Source: Longimicrobiales bacterium | Lineage (GTDB): Bacteria; Gemmatimonadota; Gemmatimonadetes; Longimicrobiales; Gaopeijiaceae | Direction: 5' to 3' | NCBI GenBank assembly: GCA_965219445.1 | Contig: CBDCNQ010000002.1 | Coordinates: 704,001-768,000, forward strand | Length of the DNA: 64,000 nucleotides | Shown: one piece after another, positions 1 to 7,790 of the stretch | How positions within the stretch are numbered: the first letter of the stretch is position 1 | Layout of the letters: each line of letters opens with the position of its first letter | Program-made: the position numbers and the translations under genes | The notes under the pieces: model-generated | Seen by the model: the letters and a program-made list of their open reading frames with translations, nothing else | Told to the model about the DNA's origin: nothing | Databases searched by the model: none

Positions 1-67
1 TCGGATCGCATCCGGCGGGTCTGCTCAGCGTGCAACGAGTCAACAGAATCACAGCGGAGGACGAATC

Positions 68-1581
68 ATGGTAACGCGATTTTGGCTGTCGCTGAGCCTC
101 ACCGCGCTGATGGCAGGATCAGCCGCAGCGAGGATGTACGCAGCGTCTTGCAGACCGCCGCGACCGCCATGGGCGCGGCCAACATGGAGTCCATCCGCTA
201 CTCCGGCACCGGCTGGCAAGGCATGGTCGGGCAGAATGTCGCGCCGGATCAGGATTGGCCGCGAGTGGACCTGACGAGTTATACGCGGACGATCGATTTT
301 GAGACGATGTCCTCAAGAGAGGAATACGTCCGGGTACAAGGCAACAATGCGCGCCGAGGTGGCGGCCGCGGGTTCCCGTTCCTGACCGAACAGCGGGTCA
401 TCAATCTCGTCAGCGGCAACTACGCTTGGACCTTGAACGCGCAGGGACAACCCGCTCCGCAGCCGGCCGCCGCTGAGCTGCGGCGGCTCGAAATCTTCCT
501 TACGCCCTGGGGGTTCCTCAAGGGCGCCATGGCGCCGGGCGCCAACCCGACCATGGTCACTCGCAATGAGTATGGAGGCAGGGTGACCGTGGTCTCGTTT
601 GTCGCCTTCGGGAAGTACCGGGTGAACGGAACGATCAATCCTCAGAATCTGGTCCAGCGAGTGCAAACCTGGATTCCCAATCCCGTCGCTGGCGACCTGT
701 ACTATGAAAACGTATACACCAATTACCAGGATATGGGAGGTGTGAAGATTCCCCGGTTTCATCAGCATCAGGATTATGACGATGGCGGGAACGCGCCGAA
801 TGTCAGCGGCGGCGACCATTCGTTTGGTCTGGAAACCGTCTCAGACGTCCGGTTGAATGTGGCGAACGCCGCACTCACGGTCCCGAACGAAGTACGGAGC
901 GCCCGCATTGAGCCTGTCCGCGTGCAGTCACAAGAGTTGGGCGATGGCTTGTGGTTGATCGGAGGCGGCTCCCACAACAGCGTGGCCGTCGAGTTCCGCG
1001 ACCATGTGGCTGTTATCGAGGCACCATTGAATGAAGAACGGTCACTTGCGGTGATCGGCGAAGTGAACAGACTCATTCCAAACAAGCCGATCCGGTTTAT
1101 CGTGAATACGCACCATCACTGGGACCATATGGGTGGAATCCGCGCGTATGTCCATGAGGGCGCGACCGTCATCACCCATGAAGGCAACCACCCTTACTAC
1201 CAAGAAGTCTTGCGGGCGGGGCCGTGGATCTTGGAGCCCGACCGCTTTTCTCTGTATCCCCCGGAGGAGTGGTCGGAAGGCTACATCTTCGAGACAACGC
1301 GGGAGAAATACGTCCTCGCCGATGGCACGAGAACGGTCGAACTTCACCACGTCCGGGGCCTCGCCCATGCCGTGGGCATGCTGATCGCGTATATCCCGAG
1401 CGAGAAGATCGTCGTGCAGGCTGACCTCTACAATCCGCAAGCGCAAGCCCCCAACGCCAGCAGCCGGACGTTTTACCGAAACTTGGAGCGCTTGGAACTG
1501 GATGTGACAACCATCGTGGGTATCCACGGGAATCCAGTTCCGATGGCGCAGTTCGTTGAGTTCGCGAGCAGAGGGCAGTGA
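68..1581 (+). pseudogene. Secreted MBL-fold metallo-hydrolase split by an apparent 1-nt deletion at ~130/131 (pseudogene or assembly error)
   Basis: SD GGAGG precedes ATG68, and that frame encodes a signal peptide (MVTRFWLSLSLTALMAGSAAA). The catalytic body (THHHWDH, HAVG, ADL, GIHG motifs) is in the 82..1581 frame. Adding one C between 130 and 131 gives AAA-QDVRSVLQ. Confidence 0.75.
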
Positions 1582-1690
1582 TACGCGGAGGCCGGGGACT
1601 GAAATCTGGCCACGTCAGGCAAGCCCGGACGCGTCCCAGCGGCGTTTCGGGGGTGTTGGCCCTACTCCACGGAAACAGTTGGGCGCTCCC

Positions 1691-1810
1691 TCAGATTTGG
1701 AACGTGCTCACGATGCCGACGTTCTTGAGCCCACCGACTGTTTGGGACAGCCTGATCACGGTAGCGTCCAGACGGTCGGGACTCCTCCCCAGTTCCTTGC
1801 GGATCAAGTC
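1691..1810 (-). pseudogene. Remnant resembling the C-terminus of a phage terminase large subunit
   Basis: Manual minus-strand translation DLIRKELGRSPDRLDATVIRLSQTVGGLKNVGIVSTFQI* resembles the 'IKKRLGRSPDxADA' terminase motif. It is preceded in frame by TAG and lacks the rest of the gene. Confidence 0.55.
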
Positions 1811-1827
1811 CTATATGCTATCGCGAT

Positions 1828-1850
1828 AGCGTTGCCAAGAGCGTTGCCAA
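1828..1850. repeat. 11-bp direct repeat AGCGTTGCCAA x2, possible integrase arm-type sites
   Basis: Copies at 1828-1838 and 1840-1850, overlapping the palindrome GCTATCGCGATAGC (1817-1830) and ~65 bp from the duplicated tRNA 3' end. Confidence 0.5.
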
Positions 1851-1883
1851 AAGGCCCGTCACCGGCTTTCCCAGTAACGGGCC
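1849..1883 (-). terminator. Intrinsic terminator downstream of tRNA-Ser
   Basis: Minus strand GGCCCGTTACTGG-gaaag-CCGGTGACGGGCC-TTTT: 13-bp stem with G-U pairs and a short U tract. Confidence 0.6.
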
Positions 1884-1914
1884 TAATCCCGTAAGTCGTT
1901 GTCCTGTAACGAAT

Positions 1915-2029
1915 CGGAGGGGGCGGGATTGACCTGCGGTCGCCTTCGGCGATCCTCGGTCGTCTCGCGGGAGATCGCGTGGCCCGCTAGCGCGGACAGC
2001 AGTGTTGACCGCTCGGCTCGAACCCGCGT
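1915..2029 (-). repeat. Duplicated tRNA-Ser 3' end (att-like), interrupted in the T-loop by an 87-bp palindromic insert
   Basis: 1915-1930 is identical to 2082-2097 (16 bp) and 2018-2029 is identical to 2097-2108 (12 bp). The intervening 1931-2017 contains the hairpin GTCGCC-TTC-GGCGAT. Confidence 0.75.
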
Positions 2030-2081
2030 TGCGCTCTTCTTTGAAGAGCGCGCGGGTTCGAACGTTATGATCTTTCGATAG

Positions 2082-2165
2082 CGGAGGGGGCGGGATTCGA
2101 ACCCGCGTGGGCTTGCGCCCGCCAGTTTTCAAGACTGGTGCATTGAACCGCTCTGCCACCCCTCC
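2082..2165 (-). tRNA. tRNA-Ser (anticodon TGA), CCA not encoded
   Basis: GGAGGGG/CCCCTCC acceptor stem, anticodon loop CTTGAAA, long variable arm, GGTTCGAATCC T-arm, discriminator G. Confidence 0.96.
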
Positions 2166-2236
2166 AGGCGTTGGGCGCACAGCGCGCCCCAGGAAAGCTC
2201 AGGCCCGGGCATGTCCCCTGTAAAGAGGGGGTCCGA

Positions 2237-3922
2237 TCAGTGTCGGAAGAGGCGCTGGCCGGTGAAGAGCATGGCTATGCCGTGCGAGTTCGCGGCTTCG
2301 ATGATCTCTACGTCGCGGATCGAACCGCCGGGTTGGACGATGGCACGGGCGCCTGCCTCGGCGGCGGCGTCCACTCCGTCTCGGAAGGGGAAGTACGCAT
2401 CGGAGGCGAGAACTGCACCGTCGAGGTTCAGGCCTGCATCTGCGGCCTTCTGCACGGCGATGCGTGATGCGTCGACCCGGCTCATCTGTCCGGCGCCGAT
2501 GCCCAGGGTGGATCCGCCCCGCGCGAAGAGTATGGCGTTGGACTTCACGCCGAACACGGCGGCCCACGCGAATCGGAGGTCGTCCCACTCCTCCTCGCTC
2601 GGTGCTCGGCTCGTGGCCACGCTCCACTCCCCAGCGTCGCCACCGTAGAAGGGAGGTGGTGGCGGGCCCTGTACGAGCACGCCGCCGTATACGCTCCGAA
2701 TGACCCTGGCCTCCGGCCTCCGTCCGTGCTCTGCTAGGAAGCGCGCCGTGCGGCGCACCTCGTCGGAGGCGTCGACCCACGAGCCGGACTCGGGCTCTCC
2801 CGGCAGCGGTTCGTCGATTCCTCCGTAGACCACGAGCCGCACGTTCTTCTTATGGGTCAGGATCTCCAGAGCGGGCTCGTCGAAACTGGGCGCCACGAGG
2901 CATTCGATGAACAGGCTCGACATCGCTTTGGCCGCAGCCTCGTCAATGCGACGGTTCACCGAAATCACACAGCCGAACGCGCTCATGCTGTCGGTAGCCA
3001 ATGCTCGCTCGTATGCGGCGTCCACCGAGTCGCCAATGGCCAACCCGCACGGGGTCGTGTGCTTCACGATGCACACGGCGGCCTTCGGCGAGTACGCGAA
3101 GGGCGAGAGCGATAACAGGGCTCCGTCGAGATCTAGTAAATTATTGTACGACAGATCTTTACCGTGAATTTGTTCAAGTCCTGCTAGACCATCTTTTCGA
3201 CCCGACCAGCGGTATAACGCCGCCTTCTGCCCGGGGTTTTCGCCGTAGCGGAGTCCCTGAACGAGCTCCAGGTCCAGGGACAGAGCCGCGGCGGGCTGGT
3301 CGGTGTCTTCGCGCTCCGACGCATCCGGAGCGTTCTGCTCTTCCAAATAGCGGGCGATGGCGCCGTCGTACTCGCTCACGTGGCCGAACACCTTCGCGGC
3401 CAGCTCGCGTCGTAGGTCGGCCTCGGACGTCCCGTTGCCGCCCCCAGCGGTGATCTCCCCCAGCACGCGGCCGTAGTCCGCGGGATCCACGACAACCCAC
3501 ACGTCCTCGTGACTCTTGGCGGCGGCCCGAATCATGGTGGGCCCTCCGATATCCACCTTGCCCATCGCTTCATCCACCCGGACGTCCCCCCCGGCCACGG
3601 TCTCCCGGAACGGATACAGGTTCACCGCCACCAGATCGATGAGAGCGTACCCGTGCTCCGAAAGGGCATCCATATCCTCGGATCGGGCACGCCGCGCCAA
3701 CAGACCGGCGTGGATGGCGGGATGGAGTGTCTTCACCCGCCCGCCCATCATCTCCGGATGCCCGGTCACCTGCGCCACGTCGGTCACCTCGACGCCCGCC
3801 TCACGGATCGCGCGAGCCGTGCCCCCGGTGGACAGGATTTCCCAACCCGCGTCCACCAACGCCTTGGCGAAGTCCTCGATGCCCGATTTGTTCGACACAC
3901 TGAGAAGCGCACGTCGCTTCAT
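2237..3922 (-). CDS. purH: Bifunctional AICAR transformylase/IMP cyclohydrolase
   Basis: RALLSVSNK, STGGT, GRVKTLHP, DIGGPTM, RYGENP, KHTTPCG, GAGQMSRVD, SDAYFPF, C-terminal RLFRH. Confidence 0.97.
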   Translation of the reverse strand: MKRRALLSVSNKSGIEDFAKALVDAGWEILSTGGTARAIREAGVEVTDVAQVTGHPEMMGGRVKTLHPAIHAGLLARRARSEDMDALSEHGYALIDLVAVNLYPFRETVAGGDVRVDEAMGKVDIGGPTMIRAAAKSHEDVWVVVDPADYGRVLGEITAGGGNGTSEADLRRELAAKVFGHVSEYDGAIARYLEEQNAPDASEREDTDQPAAALSLDLELVQGLRYGENPGQKAALYRWSGRKDGLAGLEQIHGKDLSYNNLLDLDGALLSLSPFAYSPKAAVCIVKHTTPCGLAIGDSVDAAYERALATDSMSAFGCVISVNRRIDEAAAKAMSSLFIECLVAPSFDEPALEILTHKKNVRLVVYGGIDEPLPGEPESGSWVDASDEVRRTARFLAEHGRRPEARVIRSVYGGVLVQGPPPPPFYGGDAGEWSVATSRAPSEEEWDDLRFAWAAVFGVKSNAILFARGGSTLGIGAGQMSRVDASRIAVQKAADAGLNLDGAVLASDAYFPFRDGVDAAAEAGARAIVQPGGSIRDVEIIEAANSHGIAMLFTGQRLFRH

Positions 3923-3959
3923 GTCTATGTCATCTCCCCTTGGTTTCGATTTCCTTCGG

Positions 3960-4622
3960 CTATGATGCGTCCTGCGTGAGCTCGCCGTCCGCCTCCGCGG
4001 GTGAGAACGGGAAGGGATCCGGCTGTCGGCCCTCTGCCCACGCCTCGCAGACGTGGTCCGCTACGGCCGGATACAACAGGTGCTCGACGCTCAGGATCCT
4101 TGCCGCCAAGGCGGTGGGGTCGTCGCCGGGAAACACCCGAACGGACCACTGCCCCACGATGGGTCCGGTGTCATATTCCTCGTCCACGTAGTGGACGGTG
4201 GCACCCGACACCTCGGCTCCCGATGCGAGTACCGCCTCGTGCACACGCTCGCCGAACATGCCCTTGCCACCAAACGCGGGCAGCAGGGCGGGATGGATAT
4301 TCAGAATGCGGCGTCGATAGGCGGCCACGACCTCGCGCGGGATGAGCCGCAGGTACCCCGCGAGAAAAATAGCCCCTACGCCCAGACTCTCGAGCAGGGC
4401 GAGCGTCTCCGTGGCGACCTCTTCCGGGGGGCGTCCTCCTACCTCAATTACCCGGGTGACTCGGCCCGCCGCCTCAGCTCGCCCCAACGCCCCGGCGCCC
4501 TCGCGGTCCGAGATGACGAGGACGATCCGATACGCTCCGTTCGGTGTTTCGTGATCTAGGAGAGCCTGGAGGTTCGTTCCGCTACCGGACGCAAAAACGG
4601 CTGCGGGGACCGGTTGCGTCAC
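3960..4622 (-). CDS. purN: Phosphoribosylglycinamide formyltransferase
   Basis: ASGSGTNLQA, NIHPALLPAFGG, GATVHYV, DTGPI. Start set to GTG4622, which overlaps the upstream stop. Confidence 0.95.
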   Translation of the reverse strand: MTQPVPAAVFASGSGTNLQALLDHETPNGAYRIVLVISDREGAGALGRAEAAGRVTRVIEVGGRPPEEVATETLALLESLGVGAIFLAGYLRLIPREVVAAYRRRILNIHPALLPAFGGKGMFGERVHEAVLASGAEVSGATVHYVDEEYDTGPIVGQWSVRVFPGDDPTALAARILSVEHLLYPAVADHVCEAWAEGRQPDPFPFSPAEADGELTQDAS

Positions 4623-5275
4623 GCCAGCTCCCCTCCGTAGTTCGGGACCAGGAAGGGATTGGTCGTGCGCTCGCACTCGACGGTGGTAGCCGGCCCGTGT
4701 CCGGTGAAGAGTCGGGTCTCGCCTGGCATGGTCAAGACATGTTGGCGAATGCTCCGGAAGAGGGCTTGATAATTCCCGCCGGGAAGATCGGTCCGTCCTA
4801 TCGAACCTGCGAAAACCAGGTCTCCGACGAGCGCCAGGGCGTCGTCCTGGGCATGCAGAATCACGTGCCCGGGCGAGTGCCCTGGCGTGTGGATGACCTT
4901 GAAGACGCACTCACCGAAGTGGAACGTCTCGCCGTCCTCGAGCTCCAGCTCCGGCGGATCCAACTGGGGACTGCTGATACTCAGGCCCAACATCGCGGCC
5001 TGCTCCGGAAGGTTGTCGAACATCGCCCGATCGGCTGGATGCAAGTACGTGGGCGCGTCGGTGTGGTCCCGAATCACACAGAGACCCTCGACGTGGTCGA
5101 GGTGGGCGTGGGTCAGCAGGACGCCCTTCACCTCACCAGCCCCCGCCTTTACCGCGGCAATCATGTCGGGCGCTGCGGCGCCCGGATCAACGATCACGCA
5201 CTGGTCGGTGGCTTCGCACCACGCGACGTATCCGTTTTGGGCGAAGTCACCGCCCGTGAAGCACCGTACGTCCAT
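4619..5275 (-). CDS. MBL-fold hydrolase (YcbL/glyoxalase II-like)
   Basis: THAHLDH, TPGHSPG, GDLVFAGSIGRTDLPGG, GHGPATT, NPFL. Start taken at ATG5275. Confidence 0.9.
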   Translation of the reverse strand: MDVRCFTGGDFAQNGYVAWCEATDQCVIVDPGAAAPDMIAAVKAGAGEVKGVLLTHAHLDHVEGLCVIRDHTDAPTYLHPADRAMFDNLPEQAAMLGLSISSPQLDPPELELEDGETFHFGECVFKVIHTPGHSPGHVILHAQDDALALVGDLVFAGSIGRTDLPGGNYQALFRSIRQHVLTMPGETRLFTGHGPATTVECERTTNPFLVPNYGGELA

Positions 5276-5297
5276 CCCTGATCTTTCCACTTCCCTC

Positions 5298-5335
5298 AAA
5301 ATAAAAAGCTCGTGGGGATTTCACCCACGAGCTTT
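5298..5335 (-). terminator. Intrinsic terminator after the iscA-like gene
   Basis: Inverted repeat AAAGCTCGTGGG-N7-CCCACGAGCTTT followed on the minus strand by a T-rich tract. Confidence 0.85.
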
Positions 5336-5357
5336 CCGTAGCAGAGCTAAGTGCGGT

Positions 5358-5717
5358 TCAGGTCGTGAAGGAGCTGCCGCACCCACATCCCCCCGTCGCA
5401 TTCGGGTTTCGGAACGTGAAGCCGGCTCCCATCATACTCGTCACGTAATCGATCTCGACGCCCTCCAGGTACTGCACGCTGAACGGATCGACAAAGATCC
5501 GAACACCCGAGAGCTCGAGAATCTCGTCGTCTGCTTCGGGTTCGTCCTCGATGTTGAGTCCGTACTGGAATCCGGAACATCCGCCTGGCAGAACGGCAAC
5601 TCGGAGGCCAGCGCCCTTCACGGCCCCATGCTCTTCTATAAAACTCTCGACCTTGTCCACCGCCGCGGGCGTCAGGCTCAGGATCGTTTCGGTGCTTTCC
5701 ATGCCACTCCTCTCCAT
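5358..5717 (-). CDS. HesB/IscA/ErpA family A-type Fe-S carrier
   Basis: GGCSGFQY and NPNATGGCGCGSSF motifs. Confidence 0.95.
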   Translation of the reverse strand: MERSGMESTETILSLTPAAVDKVESFIEEHGAVKGAGLRVAVLPGGCSGFQYGLNIEDEPEADDEILELSGVRIFVDPFSVQYLEGVEIDYVTSMMGAGFTFRNPNATGGCGCGSSFTT

Positions 5718-5750
5718 AACTCGGACTCCAGGAGCCCTTGAAACTTCTAA

Positions 5751-5779
5751 AAGCTACGCGAGCCTTCGAGGGGGGTCAA
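5751..5779 (-). promoter_or_regulatory. Sigma70-type promoter for the iscA-like gene, within the gmhB 3' end
   Basis: Minus strand TTGACC-N17-TAGCTT. Confidence 0.55.
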
Positions 5780-6350
5780 CGCCTCTTCCCCGACCGCTCA
5801 AGTGCCACTCAAGGATGAGGCGAGCGGCCCCGCCCAGATCCTCCACTACGGCCGTGTCTGCCGGCACACGATCCGCCTCATCCGCACCGTATCCGGTCCG
5901 TACGAGCACGCCGACACCGCCCAACTCGAGGGCCGGAATCACGTCGCGGGCCTGGTCTCCCACGTAGTAGGAACGCTCTAGGTCGAGCCCGAGCTCGGCC
6001 GCGGCCTTTCGGTACATTCCGGTGGCCGGCTTTCGGCACTCGCACGCGGGGCCGAAGTCGGGATGGTGGGGACAATACAGGGTCGCATCCAGGGGCGAGC
6101 CGGCCTCGGCCAGGAGGTCCTCCAGCCGCCCAGCGACCGCGTGGTACTCGTTTTCGCCGTAGAGACCCCGTGCGATGCCGGATTGGTTGGTCAGCAGAAC
6201 GAGCGCGAATCCAGCGTCCCTGAGCTCCGAGAGGGCGGAGGCGGCGCCCGACAGGAGGACCACCCGTTCGGGGTCGGTGAGGTAGACCTTTTCCTCGATC
6301 AGGGTCCCGTCGCGATCCAGGAAGACCGCCCGTCCCAGACCCTCGCTCAT
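5754..6350 (-). CDS. gmhB: HAD-IIIA phosphatase, heptose-1,7-bisphosphate phosphatase-like
   Basis: FLDRDGT, TNQSGIARG, CPHHP..CECRKP, VGD. Confidence 0.85.
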   Translation of the reverse strand: MSEGLGRAVFLDRDGTLIEEKVYLTDPERVVLLSGAASALSELRDAGFALVLLTNQSGIARGLYGENEYHAVAGRLEDLLAEAGSPLDATLYCPHHPDFGPACECRKPATGMYRKAAAELGLDLERSYYVGDQARDVIPALELGGVGVLVRTGYGADEADRVPADTAVVEDLGGAARLILEWHLSGRGRGVDPPRRLA

Positions 6351-6389
6351 CGGGGCTCACCACGGCGGGTCACTTTCGGACCCCCTGCC

Positions 6390-7790
6390 TCACGGTCCGA
6401 CGTGCCGGGAGAGCAGGTCGAGCACCACGGCGTCCTGCCACGGCAGCAACGTGCGGAAATCTACCCAGAACGATCCGTCTTCCACTCGCCCCACGAGCGG
6501 TACGGACGCACTCCGCAGCCGGGCCGCCAACGGATCTGCCCCGCCATCCTCCGACTCCACGCGAAGCCCACAACTCTCGATTTCCACGCCGGGGAACGTA
6601 CCTCCCCCGACCACCGAAGACATCTCGACGGCTTCGCACGTCACACCCGCCGCCTCCAGTCTCGCGGCCACCGTTTCGGCTCGTTTCCTCAAGGCCTCCG
6701 GAGTGGCCGCAAGCATGGCCAGCACCGGGATCTCCTTCAGGGCGGCCTCAGGATCACGATACAGTTGAAGCGTAGCCTCGAGCCCGGCCAGGGCCGTCTT
6801 GTCGACTCGAACGGCCCGGCACAGGGGATTCTTACGCATCTGATCGACCCACTCGGCCTTGCCCAGGAGGATCCCGGCCTGGGGGCCGCCCAAGAGCTTG
6901 TCCCCTGAAAACGCCACGAGGTCCGCGCCGGCAGCCAGGCTTTCGGTGGGCCGGGGCTCGGGAGGAAGACCCAATCGCTCCGGATCAATCAAGAGGCCCG
7001 AGCCCTGATCGTGAACGACCGGCACTCCAAGTTCCGCTCCCAAGCCCACGAGTTCCTCGAGCGAAGCCTCCTCCGTGAATCCAGTAATGCGGAAGTTGGA
7101 GCGGTGTACCTTGAGGATCAGCGCGGGGTCACCCTTTGCTGCCGCGGCCCGATAGTCGTCGAGGCGGGTCCGGTTGGTGCTCCCCACCTCCACGAGCACA
7201 CCGCCCGCGCTCTCGAGGATTTCCGGGATGCGAAAACCCCCACCGATCTCGACGAGCTCTCCCCGTGATACGAGGACCGTACGCCCGAACGCCAAAGTCC
7301 GGAGGGCGAGGATGAGAGCGGCCGCACCGTTGTTGCTCACGAGCGCCCCACCGGCGCCGGTCAGCTCCTGGAGTAGAGCCGTGCAGTGGTCGTACCTCGA
7401 TCCCCGGCTCCCCGCCTCCAAATCGTACTCGAGGTTTGCGTACCCACGCGCGACGCTGGCCATCGCGTCGAGCGCGGAGGCCGCGAGAGCGGCTCGCCCC
7501 AGGTTCGTATGCAGAATCACTCCGGTTCCGTTGATGACCGCCCGAAGGGATGGTGTTGTGGACACGCGGAGCCGCGCCTTCACTCCAGCGGCATAGGTCC
7601 GCGGGTCCTCCACATCCCCCTCGAGAGCTCCAGGATCCCCGCCGTCGCCGAGCTCGCGACGAACCCGGTCGACCTCTGTCCGTAGGTGCTCGACTACGAG
7701 GCCTCTCGGGTGCATCTCCAAAAGGCCGAGGAGCGCCTCGGACTCGAGGAGCAGCTCGAGGGACGGAATCAGGCGGCGAGCGTCACTCAC
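6390..7790 (-). CDS. selA: L-seryl-tRNA(Sec) selenium transferase
   Basis: INGTGVILHTNLGRA, NLEYDL, SRGELVEIGGGFRIP, KVHRSNF, FSGDKLLGGPQAG (PLP Lys). Start set to GTG7790. Confidence 0.95.
   Translation of the reverse strand: MSDARRLIPSLELLLESEALLGLLEMHPRGLVVEHLRTEVDRVRRELGDGGDPGALEGDVEDPRTYAAGVKARLRVSTTPSLRAVINGTGVILHTNLGRAALAASALDAMASVARGYANLEYDLEAGSRGSRYDHCTALLQELTGAGGALVSNNGAAALILALRTLAFGRTVLVSRGELVEIGGGFRIPEILESAGGVLVEVGSTNRTRLDDYRAAAAKGDPALILKVHRSNFRITGFTEEASLEELVGLGAELGVPVVHDQGSGLLIDPERLGLPPEPRPTESLAAGADLVAFSGDKLLGGPQAGILLGKAEWVDQMRKNPLCRAVRVDKTALAGLEATLQLYRDPEAALKEIPVLAMLAATPEALRKRAETVAARLEAAGVTCEAVEMSSVVGGGTFPGVEIESCGLRVESEDGGADPLAARLRSASVPLVGRVEDGSFWVDFRTLLPWQDAVVLDLLSRHVGP

Noticed and set aside
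1556..1894. Plus-strand ORFs 1556..1894 and 1578..1829 as genes
   Set aside because: No recognisable motifs; the region is better explained by the minus-strand remnant, repeats and terminator.
2082..2165. Possible tRNA-Sec, given selA nearby
   Set aside because: The anticodon is TGA (Ser), not TCA, and the acceptor stem is a normal 7 bp.
4623..4910. N-terminal extension of the purN ORF
   Set aside because: It overlaps the MBL gene in another frame; PurN homology starts at GTG4622.
5358..5717. Possible HesB-like selenoprotein
   Set aside because: All three conserved positions are Cys codons; the TGA is at the natural C-terminus.
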